Shown: positions 10,680 to 20,121, counted from the first letter of the stretch. The stretch is DNA of 64,000 bases from Bacteroidales bacterium (GCA_049654745.1 JBASIK010000183.1:1001-65000), one strand, 5' to 3'. The notes: generated from the letters alone by a model not told the origin. Translations and numbers: made by a program.

Positions 10680-10718
10680 TTCAAAATTTTAAAATTTACA
10701 TCCTACAAATAATTTGTT

Positions 10719-11891
10719 TTATCTGATATTATATTTTTCAGTCATGTAATTTATGCCTTTGATTGTATTACCCTGAAAATCAAAAAAAGTATTGCAATCC
10801 CATGATGAACCTGTACCCCAGAGATCCTTCATTTCAGATGTAATCCATGCAGGTTCCCAGTAGAAAACACCTTTGCCGCCTCCTTCAATAATTTCCTGAA
10901 CAAGTGTTTTTAGATAATTGAACTGACCTTCCTGGGTGGCGGGGAATCGGTCAGTCAATTTGCCTGTATCAATTATATTGGCATAATTATCTGCATTCTC
11001 TGTAGTCCATGGATAAGCTGTTTCCATTATCATTACATCCTTCGTATATTTTGTTTTGAGCATTAAGATATAATTGCTAAGGTCTTCGAGTTTAACTTTT
11101 GACCATATATAGTAATAAGACAACCCGATAAAATCATAATCTGTTAATCCTTTTTGCCAGAGGCCTTCAAACCAAGGATCAGCATTTTCAGGTTGTGCTA
11201 CATGGATTATAATTCGGGGTTTTATCTGACTTGAATTGCCAGCGCTCCGGATTGCACTTATTGCACCATTTAGAAGATAAATCATGTTATTCTCGTTGCC
11301 ATTCCAGCGGTTTCCTTCTGGAAGCAAGAAACCCGGGTTAATCTCATTTCCGGGCTGAACATATTCAGGCATAAGACCTTCTTTGTCCAGTTCTTTAAGC
11401 GTTTTATAAGTATAATTATAAACACTATCACGAAGTGCGGCAATATCGAGCGACTGCCAGGCTGCTGGTTTTATCTGTTTTGATGGATCAGCCCATGTGT
11501 CGGAGTAATGGAAATCGAGGCATACTTTCATCCCAAGTAATTTAGCTCTGCGGATTCCATCTTTAACGTCTGCCAAATCGTTGTACATCTTTTCGGATGG
11601 AGGGGAATAAACCCCCCTTATCCAAACAGGATTATGAAACAATCTGAAGCGTACTACATTTGTACCGTATTGCCTGAAAATCAGGTACGGATCCTTTATC
11701 TTACCTGAATCCCTGTAAACCCCGCCATGCTCAAGAATTTGATTAACATACGACAGGTCAGCACCCATAACAAATGTATCAGGGGTGTAAAATGTTCTTT
11801 TTTGCTGCAAATTGTCTCCCTGACGTTTACAGGTTATCGTTCCGCTTAGTATGAAAATCAGAATCGCTAAAAATATATGCCGGTTTATCAT
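10719..11891 (-). CDS. GH53 endo-beta-1,4-galactanase-like lipoprotein
   Basis: GH53 signature stretches: GADLSYVNQ, VRFRLFHNP, DFHYSDTWADPSKQIKPAAW, the acid/base region QPGNEIN and the nucleophile region IMETAYPW. Lipobox TITC is present. Confidence 0.8.
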   Translation of the reverse strand: MINRHIFLAILIFILSGTITCKRQGDNLQQKRTFYTPDTFVMGADLSYVNQILEHGGVYRDSGKIKDPYLIFRQYGTNVVRFRLFHNPVWIRGVYSPPSEKMYNDLADVKDGIRRAKLLGMKVCLDFHYSDTWADPSKQIKPAAWQSLDIAALRDSVYNYTYKTLKELDKEGLMPEYVQPGNEINPGFLLPEGNRWNGNENNMIYLLNGAISAIRSAGNSSQIKPRIIIHVAQPENADPWFEGLWQKGLTDYDFIGLSYYYIWSKVKLEDLSNYILMLKTKYTKDVMIMETAYPWTTENADNYANIIDTGKLTDRFPATQEGQFNYLKTLVQEIIEGGGKGVFYWEPAWITSEMKDLWGTGSSWDCNTFFDFQGNTIKGINYMTEKYNIR

Positions 11892-11929
11892 GTTATTTAT
11901 AATCGTTAATTACAAATCTTAAATAAGCG

Positions 11930-11965
11930 AAAAAGAGGTTATCACTTTTTGATGATAACCTCTTT
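11930..11965 (-). terminator. rho-independent terminator after the SusE/F-like gene
   Basis: Perfect 13-bp stem (11932..11944 pairs with 11953..11965) with an 8-nt loop. On the minus strand it is followed by TTTTTCGC. Confidence 0.6.
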
Positions 11966-11983
11966 AAACCATCATGGAACCAT

Positions 11984-13057
11984 TCAGTTCTTGACAATCT
12001 TATATTTATAGATTGTCTTGCTAAGATCAAGAGTTATTGTGTAATTACCATTTTCAGCAACCGGGATGTTATCGCCGTTGTATTCTAGTTTCTTGTCTCC
12101 CCCAGTATCACCAAGATTGATTGCCCATTCGCCGTTAGCTCTGAATTTAAACGATTTACCGCCAATCAGATTTACAGTTACCGTCCAAGTATTTTCACTA
12201 ATGTTATATGTCATAGGTGTATCTGTGCCCCATCCTCCCGGTGTGGCATCACCAATGAGAGCCCATGTAGTCTTCACCCATGCATAGGTTGCTTCGTTGA
12301 GGTTTGCATTGATCTTGAACTGCCCGGGTCCTCCGGTAACTTTAATATTGTTACCTCCCCAGTTGCCAATCTTTAATGTACCCGACATGCCACTCGGATC
12401 AGGATCACCTATTGTATTGGGCTCTTCCCATGCTGGTACTTTTGTCAGTTTGAACTCCGTGTTTGCATCCGGGAAATATAGATAGCCTTCATATTTACCA
12501 TCACTTTTTGCTGATGTTATAACCGGTGTTGATTCATTCAATACCCAACCCTGATAACTTCCCGGAACATAAAGTTTCGGATATTCTATTACCTTTTCAA
12601 AAGGTTTAACATTAATGGTTAAAGTATCTGAATAAATAAGGGGCACATTTGGATTAATGAAAGCTTTAAGCCTGCATTTAACAGCAACTGAAACATCCGG
12701 CTCCGCCCCTAGAATGAGCAGTACAGTATTCATTTTTGAATTAAGGATTTCCAGCTCTGTCTTTGTTGTCACTCCTATATCATTAATATCCTTAAAATTG
12801 TTAATGGAAACCTGCAAGGAATAGGTAACTGCTGCCTGGAAACCATAATCAGCGGCTGACCACTTAAATGTGGTCATCACATTATTTTCGTTTGCTTCAG
12901 TTATGTTGAAACTTGTACCTCCTGAAGGATTTGAAAATTTAGGTTTTACAATTTCCTTCTCACTTTTAAGAAAAGGACCTTCTGGTAGCTCCTCGCAACC
13001 TGCGATAAAAAGCAGGCCAAGAACTATAATAAATAATGATATATATTTTGTTTTCAT
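11984..13057 (-). CDS. SusE/SusF-like outer-membrane glycan-binding lipoprotein
   Basis: Lipobox FIAGC is present. It sits immediately downstream of SusD. The sequence is beta-rich and Trp/Gly-rich (GDATPGGWG, FKFRANGEWAINLG), as in SusE/F starch-binding modules. Confidence 0.65.
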   Translation of the reverse strand: MKTKYISLFIIVLGLLFIAGCEELPEGPFLKSEKEIVKPKFSNPSGGTSFNITEANENNVMTTFKWSAADYGFQAAVTYSLQVSINNFKDINDIGVTTKTELEILNSKMNTVLLILGAEPDVSVAVKCRLKAFINPNVPLIYSDTLTINVKPFEKVIEYPKLYVPGSYQGWVLNESTPVITSAKSDGKYEGYLYFPDANTEFKLTKVPAWEEPNTIGDPDPSGMSGTLKIGNWGGNNIKVTGGPGQFKINANLNEATYAWVKTTWALIGDATPGGWGTDTPMTYNISENTWTVTVNLIGGKSFKFRANGEWAINLGDTGGDKKLEYNGDNIPVAENGNYTITLDLSKTIYKYKIVKN

Positions 13058-13082
13058 ATACCTGAGATTTTACGTTATCATA

Positions 13083-14678
13083 TTAATATCCTGGATTCTG
13101 AACCAGATTCGGATTTGCTCCTATATCGGATGAAGGAATCGGGAACAGATCTAAGTGGCTGCTTGTTGATACTCCTTCTTTTATCCCGCCTTTCCATTCC
13201 CAGATATAAGTCGAATTACTGAACTTACCAAACCTTATAAGGTCTGTTCTGCGGTGGCATTCCCAGTAAAGTTCTCTTGCTCTTTCATCAAGAATAAAAT
13301 TCAGGTCGAGCTGATCGGCGGTAATATCACCCGATTCATCACCGTAAGCTCTGCGCCTCAATGCATTAACATATCCAAGCGCTGTATTGATATCCCCTCC
13401 AGTTCCTCCCCTCAGCACAGCCTCTGCATACATCAGATATGCATCAGCAAGCCTGAACACTGGAAAATCTGTATCCGGATGAGTCCTGTCTTTCCCGGGT
13501 GTCCCATCCCTTTTGATATTCTTCCACTTCTTGATAGCATAACCTTCGGTAAAGAGGAAAATGTCAGAAATCGATTTCGATTGTCCACTGGTATGGAACA
13601 TCGCTCTTTTATCGGTGGTACCTGTTACATCAGGAAACTTATCAACAAACTGTGGAGTTGTGCGCGTTCCGCCCCAACCACTTCCGATTCCAAATTCTGC
13701 AGGAGACATGTTTCCTCCCACTGCAGCATTTACAATGAAGGTTGTACCACCCCATGTCTTAGTATTCACACCGTCAAAGGCAATAGGGAAAATTATTTCA
13801 TTGCAAAGATTATTATCAGCAAGGAAAAGATATGCATAATTAGCTTCTATTGTATAAGGACTTGCAATTACTTTCTTTATCCATGTGAGTGCATCGGTAT
13901 ATCTGGCTTCCTTGATATAAACTTCAGCATTCAGATAAAGCTTGGCAAGAAGCATCCATGCTGCTGCCTTGTCAGCTCTCCCGTATTCGTTAGTTTTCGC
14001 ATTTTTTAGCTGGCTTTCAATATCAAGGAGTTCAGATTCAAGATAATTAAATAAATCTTTGCGCGAAATTTGTTTCGGAAGAAAAGCTCCTACAGTATTT
14101 GTCTCATCTACAAAGGGAACATTACCGAAAAGATCGATTGCATGATAGTAGCTCAGAGCTCTCAGAAATCTTGCTTCAGCCCTGTACATTCTCACAGTCG
14201 CTTTTTCAGCTTCTGTAAAACCTCTCTGCGACAGCTTATCTTCCGACGACTCCCTGATAAACTCGTTGCATAGAGATATTTGATAATATATTCTGTTGTA
14301 AAGCGCCTTGATAAACTCACCACCTGAAGTCCAGGTCTGGAAATGATAATCTTTCAGTGTTCCGTCATTCCAGGCAATAACTGCTTCGTCAGTTGTAAGC
14401 TCCTGGGCAAGCCAGTATTGCCTCAGATACTGTGAAAAACCCTCATCAATGCCACTTATATCAGGATTTCCGTGAGGCCCTTGCTGTCCGGAAAGTGCCA
14501 GACCAGCATAACATTTTGCAAGAACCTGCCTGTAGGCTGTTGTGTCTTTATATACTGTGGCAGAAGTAATTACCAGAGGATCTATAGGAACAGTATCCAG
14601 ATCTTTCACACACGATGCAAGAGCCATTAATATGGCTATCATCGAAATTGCTGTGGCTTTAAAATATTTAGTACTCAT
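13083..14678 (-). CDS. susD: SusD/RagB family nutrient-binding outer-membrane lipoprotein
   Basis: Lipobox ALASC is present. TPR-like SusD hallmarks are RAEARFLRALSYYHAIDLFGNVP and FRLADAYLMYAEA. There is a 19-nt gap to SusC. Confidence 0.9.
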   Translation of the reverse strand: MSTKYFKATAISMIAILMALASCVKDLDTVPIDPLVITSATVYKDTTAYRQVLAKCYAGLALSGQQGPHGNPDISGIDEGFSQYLRQYWLAQELTTDEAVIAWNDGTLKDYHFQTWTSGGEFIKALYNRIYYQISLCNEFIRESSEDKLSQRGFTEAEKATVRMYRAEARFLRALSYYHAIDLFGNVPFVDETNTVGAFLPKQISRKDLFNYLESELLDIESQLKNAKTNEYGRADKAAAWMLLAKLYLNAEVYIKEARYTDALTWIKKVIASPYTIEANYAYLFLADNNLCNEIIFPIAFDGVNTKTWGGTTFIVNAAVGGNMSPAEFGIGSGWGGTRTTPQFVDKFPDVTGTTDKRAMFHTSGQSKSISDIFLFTEGYAIKKWKNIKRDGTPGKDRTHPDTDFPVFRLADAYLMYAEAVLRGGTGGDINTALGYVNALRRRAYGDESGDITADQLDLNFILDERARELYWECHRRTDLIRFGKFSNSTYIWEWKGGIKEGVSTSSHLDLFPIPSSDIGANPNLVQNPGY

Positions 14679-14697
14679 ATCTGTCTGGTATTAAAAG

Positions 14698-17664
14698 TTA
14701 AAAATCTAATCTTGCGCCAAGCATAAATGTCCTTGGACGCGGATAAATATTATTGTCTATACCGTTAAATATTTCAGGATCAAGACCTGAATATTTCGTA
14801 ATTATAAACAGATTCTGAATTGAAAGATATACTCTCAGAGAACCTGTTGATGAACCAATATTATCGAAATTGTATCCAAGGTTCACATTGTCCATTCTCA
14901 GGAAAGACCCGTTCTCAAGGAAATGGTCTGACCAGTACTGGGGATTTGAGAATTTGGTTGTAAGAATACTCCTGTGCAGATTGTTGAGGGCACCAACGGA
15001 AGCATAAAGTCCTGCATATGAGCTGCCAGAAGCAACATTGTTGTAAACATAATTGCCAATACTTACCCTTCCATTAAAACTGAAATCAAAGTTCTTGTAT
15101 CTGAACATTGAATTAAATCCCATAAGGACGTCAGGATAGGGATCTTTTACCCTGTACCTGTCTGACAGACCCTGTGATGTTACAATTCCGTCACCATTCC
15201 TGTCAACATACAGATTGTCTATTGGATTGCCCTGTGCATCATAAACCTGTTCTGCAAGGAAGAATGAATTCCTGGGATATCCGACAGTATTAATCTGAAC
15301 GTAATTGCCAACACCACCAGAAATTTCTCCAGTTTCAACTCCAATAAAATTAGGATCATCAACAGCAGTGAGCTTTGTTATTTCATTCTTGTTAATTGTG
15401 GCATTGACTCCAACTGACCAGGAATAATCTGGATTCACCAACGGTTTAACATTAAGAGAGAATTCAAATCCTTTGTTAATAAGATTACCAACATTTGTGG
15501 TTATACGGTTTGTCAGATTTGTCCCTGCAGGTACATCAATTGTATTAAGAAGGTCTTTAGTCGGACGGTAGTAATACTCAGCTGTACCACTTATTCTGTC
15601 TTTCAGGATTCCGAAATCAATACCAACATTGTAAGTTGTTGTTTCCTCCCACTTGAGATTTCTGTCATATCCTTCGGGGCGGAGAGTAGTTACAAATGTA
15701 TTTCCGAACTGGTACCTTGCATTTTCCTGGCCGTATGTATATCTTGCAAGATAAGGATAATCACCGCCAATATCCTGCTGGCCTGTTATACCGTAACCCA
15801 GTCTTAATTTAAGTGCACTGAAGAAGTTTCCACTTTTAAGGAAGCTTTCTTCTTTAATGTCCCATGCCAGAGCCAGTGACGGGAAAAGACCCCAGCGGTT
15901 TTCTTTTGCAAATTTCGAAGATCCATCATCACGGAGCGTAAAAGTAAGCAGGTATCTGTTCAGCAAAACATAATTAAGTCTCCCAAAGAATGAGATAAGA
16001 TAACTTTCTGTGAAATATTCATTATCCTGATAGGTAATTGTCTTTGCATAGTTTCTTTCAAGATAACTTCCTTCTCTGTAAAAATGCTGCCATGAGTAAC
16101 CTGCTGTAAAGTCAATCCTGCTCTTTATCTCTTCTATATCCTTTTTATAATTTATATAAATATCGAGCAGTTCATTCTTCTTGTTCTGAGTGTAAGTATT
16201 ATATCTTCCTTTCCCTGAATTCCAGTACCAGGCAGCCATTTCTGAAACAATTACTTTCCCATCGCTCCAGGAATAGTCTGCTCCTGCATTGACAGTTAAT
16301 TTAAGATCGGGAAGAAAATGGAGTCTGTAACCCATTTCAATATTACCAAGAAATCTGTGAACCATCGATCTGTCATTTCTCAGGTCAAGAAGAGCAACAG
16401 GGTTGCTTGTTACCCCGATGGTAATAGGATCACCATTAGGCTGCTTCCATGTAAAGTAACCTCCGTAATTACTGCTTGAAGGGTCATAAACAGGCTGTGT
16501 CGGGTCCATTGACACAGCAGCTCCAATGGCTCCGTGGTCAGCAAACCTGTTTCTTACGTTCATATATTTCGCATTGATATTGAAAGTAAGATGATTGTCA
16601 AGAAGGCTCGGATTGAGGTTCAGAGTTGAAGTAAGCCTTTCAAGTCCTGAGGTTTTCAGCAGACCTTTTTCATTTGTGTACCCCACCGAAAAACGATAAG
16701 GAAGAGATTTATAACTTCCTGAAAAACTCAGATTTTGATCGAGTGAGAATGCGGTCTGAAAAATTTCATCCTGCCAGTCGGTTCTATATTTTCCCATTAG
16801 CTGAACTGCCTGGGAGCCCTGAGGATACCTCGAATAAACGAGCGATCTGAACTCTTCTGGAGAGAGGACTTTTACTTCGCCGGTTCTGAAACCTACGGAA
16901 ACTGATCCGTCATACGTAACCTTTAAAGGCCTTCCTGTCAGACCTTTTTTGGTCGTTATTATTATAACACCATTGGATGCCCTTGAGCCATATATAGCTG
17001 TAGCTGAGGCATCTTTTAGTACAGTGAATGATTCAATATCGTTTGAGTTGATAAGACTTAATAGGTTTGGCATTCCTGAAACGCCTGCATTGTCTATCGG
17101 AACACCGTCAATAACAATAAGAGGATCATTGCTTGCTGACAGGGACGAGCCACCCCTTATTCTTATCGTCGCCCCGGCAGTAGGATCCCCACCTGATGTT
17201 GTAATCTGTACACCGGGAATCTTACCTATAATAAGTTCCTGAGGCCTTGCAACCGAACCCATGTTAAAATCACGTGTCCCTATTGCAACAACCGAACCTG
17301 TTGCATCTTTTTTGGTAACTGTACCATAACCAATGACAACTACTTCCTGCAATGCCTGCACATCAACTGCAAGTGAAACATCAATCGTTGTCCTGTTATT
17401 TACCGGTATTTCCTGACTCAAATATCCCACATATGAAAATTGTAGAACTGATGTTGGAGATACAGTAATTGCATAATTACCACTGGCATCAGTCATGGTG
17501 CCGTTAGATGTCCCCTTTTCAATAATCGTTACACCTGTTAGAGGAGACCCATCCGAAGCATCCGTAACTTTACCTGTGACTCTTATTCCCTGCGCATAAA
17601 GTGCTCCTGTAAAGAACACTCCCAGGAAAAACATCCACAGAAATAATATGATACTTTTCTTCAT
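14698..17664 (-). CDS. susC: SusC-type TonB-dependent transporter
   Basis: 988 aa. The N-terminal carboxypeptidase-regulatory-like domain reads VTGKVTDASDGSPLTGVTI. Plug motifs are present, and the protein ends in a C-terminal Phe. Confidence 0.9.
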   Translation of the reverse strand: MKKSIILFLWMFFLGVFFTGALYAQGIRVTGKVTDASDGSPLTGVTIIEKGTSNGTMTDASGNYAITVSPTSVLQFSYVGYLSQEIPVNNRTTIDVSLAVDVQALQEVVVIGYGTVTKKDATGSVVAIGTRDFNMGSVARPQELIIGKIPGVQITTSGGDPTAGATIRIRGGSSLSASNDPLIVIDGVPIDNAGVSGMPNLLSLINSNDIESFTVLKDASATAIYGSRASNGVIIITTKKGLTGRPLKVTYDGSVSVGFRTGEVKVLSPEEFRSLVYSRYPQGSQAVQLMGKYRTDWQDEIFQTAFSLDQNLSFSGSYKSLPYRFSVGYTNEKGLLKTSGLERLTSTLNLNPSLLDNHLTFNINAKYMNVRNRFADHGAIGAAVSMDPTQPVYDPSSSNYGGYFTWKQPNGDPITIGVTSNPVALLDLRNDRSMVHRFLGNIEMGYRLHFLPDLKLTVNAGADYSWSDGKVIVSEMAAWYWNSGKGRYNTYTQNKKNELLDIYINYKKDIEEIKSRIDFTAGYSWQHFYREGSYLERNYAKTITYQDNEYFTESYLISFFGRLNYVLLNRYLLTFTLRDDGSSKFAKENRWGLFPSLALAWDIKEESFLKSGNFFSALKLRLGYGITGQQDIGGDYPYLARYTYGQENARYQFGNTFVTTLRPEGYDRNLKWEETTTYNVGIDFGILKDRISGTAEYYYRPTKDLLNTIDVPAGTNLTNRITTNVGNLINKGFEFSLNVKPLVNPDYSWSVGVNATINKNEITKLTAVDDPNFIGVETGEISGGVGNYVQINTVGYPRNSFFLAEQVYDAQGNPIDNLYVDRNGDGIVTSQGLSDRYRVKDPYPDVLMGFNSMFRYKNFDFSFNGRVSIGNYVYNNVASGSSYAGLYASVGALNNLHRSILTTKFSNPQYWSDHFLENGSFLRMDNVNLGYNFDNIGSSTGSLRVYLSIQNLFIITKYSGLDPEIFNGIDNNIYPRPRTFMLGARLDF

Positions 17665-17730
17665 AAAAAATTAGTTTTAAATTAGTTACAATTTAAATGC
17701 TGAAAACTCAATAATGATTTTACAATGTAA

Positions 17731-17738
17731 CAAATTTA
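17731..17738 (-). promoter_or_regulatory. candidate -7 box for the susC operon
   Basis: The minus strand reads TAAATTTG, 67 nt upstream of the susC ATG. Confidence 0.3.
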
Positions 17739-17803
17739 ATAAAAAACAATTAAAAAACAATATTAAATACATTAATTTTCAATAAATTAAGAATTTTTTG
17801 CCG

Positions 17804-17813
17804 CAAACGTTTG
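17804..17813. promoter_or_regulatory. candidate LacI-family operator (perfect palindrome CAAACGTTTG)
   Basis: 10-bp perfect palindrome with a central CG, as in LacI/CcpA-type operators. It lies 140 nt from the susC ATG and 142 nt from the lacI-family ATG. Confidence 0.4.
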
Positions 17814-17954
17814 AAATGTAAACAAGATTATTTTTAAACTACCGACTGTTGATTTTTTAAAATATATGTTTTGCTTATTGTCAATGATTTTAAGTTTAAA
17901 AGTTTGAAAAAAGAGAGATAATAAAGTGTAAATTTATGACGCTTATCAGAGAGT

Positions 17955-19019
17955 ATGCATAAAAAGACACAGATAACCATCAAAGATATAGCAAAAGAGC
18001 TTGGTATATCACCCTCAACCGTTTCAAAAGCATTGAAGGATCATCCCGATATTTCAGATGAAACAAAAAAAGCCGTAAGGGAACTGGTTGAAAAGCTTAA
18101 TTACAGGCCTGATCCTATAGCCCTAAGCCTTAAAATTGGACTGAGTAAAACGATCGGTGTTATTATTCCGGAAATTGTTCATTATTTTTTTTCAACCGTT
18201 ATCAGCGGTATTGAAGATGAAGCTTATAATTCTGGTTATCAGGTAATTTTTTGCCAGTCGAACGAATCATACGATAGGGAAGTACGGGCAGTAGAGACAC
18301 TTCTCTCAGGAAGGGTCGACGGGATACTTGTCTCAATGTCAAAAACTACTGACAAATACGACCATTTTAAGAAAATTCAAGAATATGAAATTCCCCTTGT
18401 ATTTTTTGACAGGATATGTGAGGAGCTGGAAACCGATAAAGTAATTGTCGATGATGAAGAAGGGGCTTTTTGCGCAGTCAGCCACCTGATCAATGATGGT
18501 TGCAGGGAAATTGTACATCTGGCTGGACCCCAGAACCTGAAAATCGCCCAGGAAAGAATGAAAGGATACATTAAGGCTATATTAAAAGCTGGGCTTACAA
18601 TAAAAGAAGAAAATATTATAAAATGCGATACTGCCAATGATGCAAGATTAATTGTGCCCGGACTTATTAAGAGAGAAAATAGGCCAGATGGTATTTTTGC
18701 CGTCAACGACCTGACAGCAGCTGAAGCTATGAAAGTTATTAAAACATCGGGGTTAAATATCCCTGAAGATATTTCTGTTGTAGGCTTCACCAGCGGCATG
18801 ATTTCAGACCTTACCGACCCTCCGCTTACTTCTGTTGAACAACATGGCTATGATATCGGAAGAGAAGCAGCAAAATTACTGATCAGCAGGATAGAAAATA
18901 AAATCTCAGGAGAATTTATTACCAGGATTATCAAGACAGAACTTATTATAAAAAAATCATCAGGGAAGTTTCAAACTTCGCTCCCCAGGCAGGGATCGAA
19001 CCTGCGACCTACGGATTAA
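17955..19019 (+). CDS. LacI family transcriptional regulator
   Basis: The N-terminal HTH reads TIKDIAKELGISPSTVSKALKD, followed by a periplasmic-binding-protein-like core. The last ~13 codons run antisense through the tRNA-Asn gene. Confidence 0.85.
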   Translation: MHKKTQITIKDIAKELGISPSTVSKALKDHPDISDETKKAVRELVEKLNYRPDPIALSLKIGLSKTIGVIIPEIVHYFFSTVISGIEDEAYNSGYQVIFCQSNESYDREVRAVETLLSGRVDGILVSMSKTTDKYDHFKKIQEYEIPLVFFDRICEELETDKVIVDDEEGAFCAVSHLINDGCREIVHLAGPQNLKIAQERMKGYIKAILKAGLTIKEENIIKCDTANDARLIVPGLIKRENRPDGIFAVNDLTAAEAMKVIKTSGLNIPEDISVVGFTSGMISDLTDPPLTSVEQHGYDIGREAAKLLISRIENKISGEFITRIIKTELIIKKSSGKFQTSLPRQGSNLRPTD

Positions 19020-19054
19020 CAGTCCGCCGCTCTAACCAGCTGAGCTACTGAGGA
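18981..19054 (-). tRNA. tRNA-Asn (anticodon GTT)
   Basis: Hand-folded 74-nt cloverleaf. Acceptor stem TCCTCAG/CTGGGGA, D stem GCTC/GAGC, anticodon loop CTGTTAA, T arm GCAGG-TTCGATC-CCTGC. No encoded CCA. Confidence 0.95.
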
Positions 19055-19082
19055 ATTTTTAACGCATCAAATTTTTGCGTGG

Positions 19083-19090
19083 CAAAATTA
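19083..19090 (-). promoter_or_regulatory. candidate -7 box for tRNA-Asn
   Basis: The minus strand reads TAATTTTG, 29 nt upstream of the tRNA 5' end. Confidence 0.35.
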
Positions 19091-19113
19091 CAGGCTTTTA
19101 GTGAATTTAACAA

Positions 19114-19121
19114 TATCTTTG
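19114..19121 (+). promoter_or_regulatory. candidate -7 box for the PfkB-family kinase gene
   Basis: TATCTTTG lies 12 nt upstream of the ATG at 19133. This supports the shorter start. Confidence 0.35.
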
Positions 19122-19132
19122 AAAAAATTTTT

Positions 19133-20107
19133 ATGAAAAAAATTCTTGGAATAGGTAACGCTCTGGTTGACATCGTAACATTTATAGACGATGAAAAAAT
19201 ACTTGAAAAATTTTCCCTGCCTAAAGGAAGTATGCAACTCGTGGACAAAACCACTTCGCTGAAAATAAGAGAAGCAACTAAAAAATTTCAGAGCACGTTT
19301 GCACCTGGGGGATCTGCAGCAAATACCATTTACGGCCTGGCAATGCTTGGAGTAAAAACCGGCTTTCTTGGAGCTACAGGCAAAGACGAAACAGGGAAAC
19401 TATTTGATTCTGAACTCTGTAAAGCAGGTGTAAAAACCTTCATCAAAAAACTGAACAACCCTACAGGCACAGCTATATCCCTTGTCACTCCCGATAGTGA
19501 AAGAACTTTTGCCACATATCTCGGCGCAGCCGTAGAGTTGTCTGTTGACGACCTGAAAAAAGAACTGTTTTCAGAATATGATATTCTATACCTCGAAGGA
19601 TATCTTATATACAATAAAGATTTTGTGGTCAAAGCCTGTTCTCTGGCTAAATCACTTAAAATGAAAGTTGCACTCGACCTGGCAAGTTACAATGTGGTAA
19701 ATGACAATATAGATGCTTTTAAAGAGGTAATAGTCAATTATACTGATATTTTGTTTGCCAATTCCGAAGAAGCCAGAGCATATACAGGTAAAGAACCGGA
19801 AGAATCACTTAAGGACTTATCCCAAAAATGTGAAATTGCCGTTATAAAAACAGGAGCTAATGGTTCTCTTATACAAAGTGGTAACAAAATTATTAAGGTA
19901 CAACCTTTTCGGGTGGAATGCAGGGATACTACTGGTGCAGGTGATCTTTATGCTGCTGGTTTTCTTTATGGATTGGCATCCGACAAATCCCTTGAAAAAT
20001 GCGGACAATATGGCTCCTACCTTGCAGCAAAAGTTATAGAAATAACAGGGGCACGTATTGAATCCGAAAAATGGCCCGCAATAAAGAAAACTATTTCAGG
20101 GCTATAA
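19133..20107 (+). CDS. PfkB-family carbohydrate/nucleoside kinase (adenosine-kinase-like)
   Basis: The N-terminal motif is GIGNALVDIV and the C-terminal PfkB signature is DTTGAGDLYAAGF. The ORF track begins at a GTG at 19079. The ATG at 19133 is preferred. Confidence 0.75.
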   Translation: MKKILGIGNALVDIVTFIDDEKILEKFSLPKGSMQLVDKTTSLKIREATKKFQSTFAPGGSAANTIYGLAMLGVKTGFLGATGKDETGKLFDSELCKAGVKTFIKKLNNPTGTAISLVTPDSERTFATYLGAAVELSVDDLKKELFSEYDILYLEGYLIYNKDFVVKACSLAKSLKMKVALDLASYNVVNDNIDAFKEVIVNYTDILFANSEEARAYTGKEPEESLKDLSQKCEIAVIKTGANGSLIQSGNKIIKVQPFRVECRDTTGAGDLYAAGFLYGLASDKSLEKCGQYGSYLAAKVIEITGARIESEKWPAIKKTISGL

Positions 20108-20121
20108 CTGGATACAGCAAA

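Noticed and set aside
17741-17762. Tandem 11-bp A-tract repeat (AAAAAACAATT AAAAAACAATA) upstream of susC.
   Set aside because: There are only two copies in very AT-rich DNA. It may contribute to bending, but it is not distinguishable from chance.
19060-19079. Small inverted repeat ACGCA-N9-TGCGT between the tRNA and the kinase gene, considered as a terminator.
   Set aside because: It has only a 5-bp stem and sits upstream of both divergent genes, so it cannot terminate either. It overlaps the promoter region.
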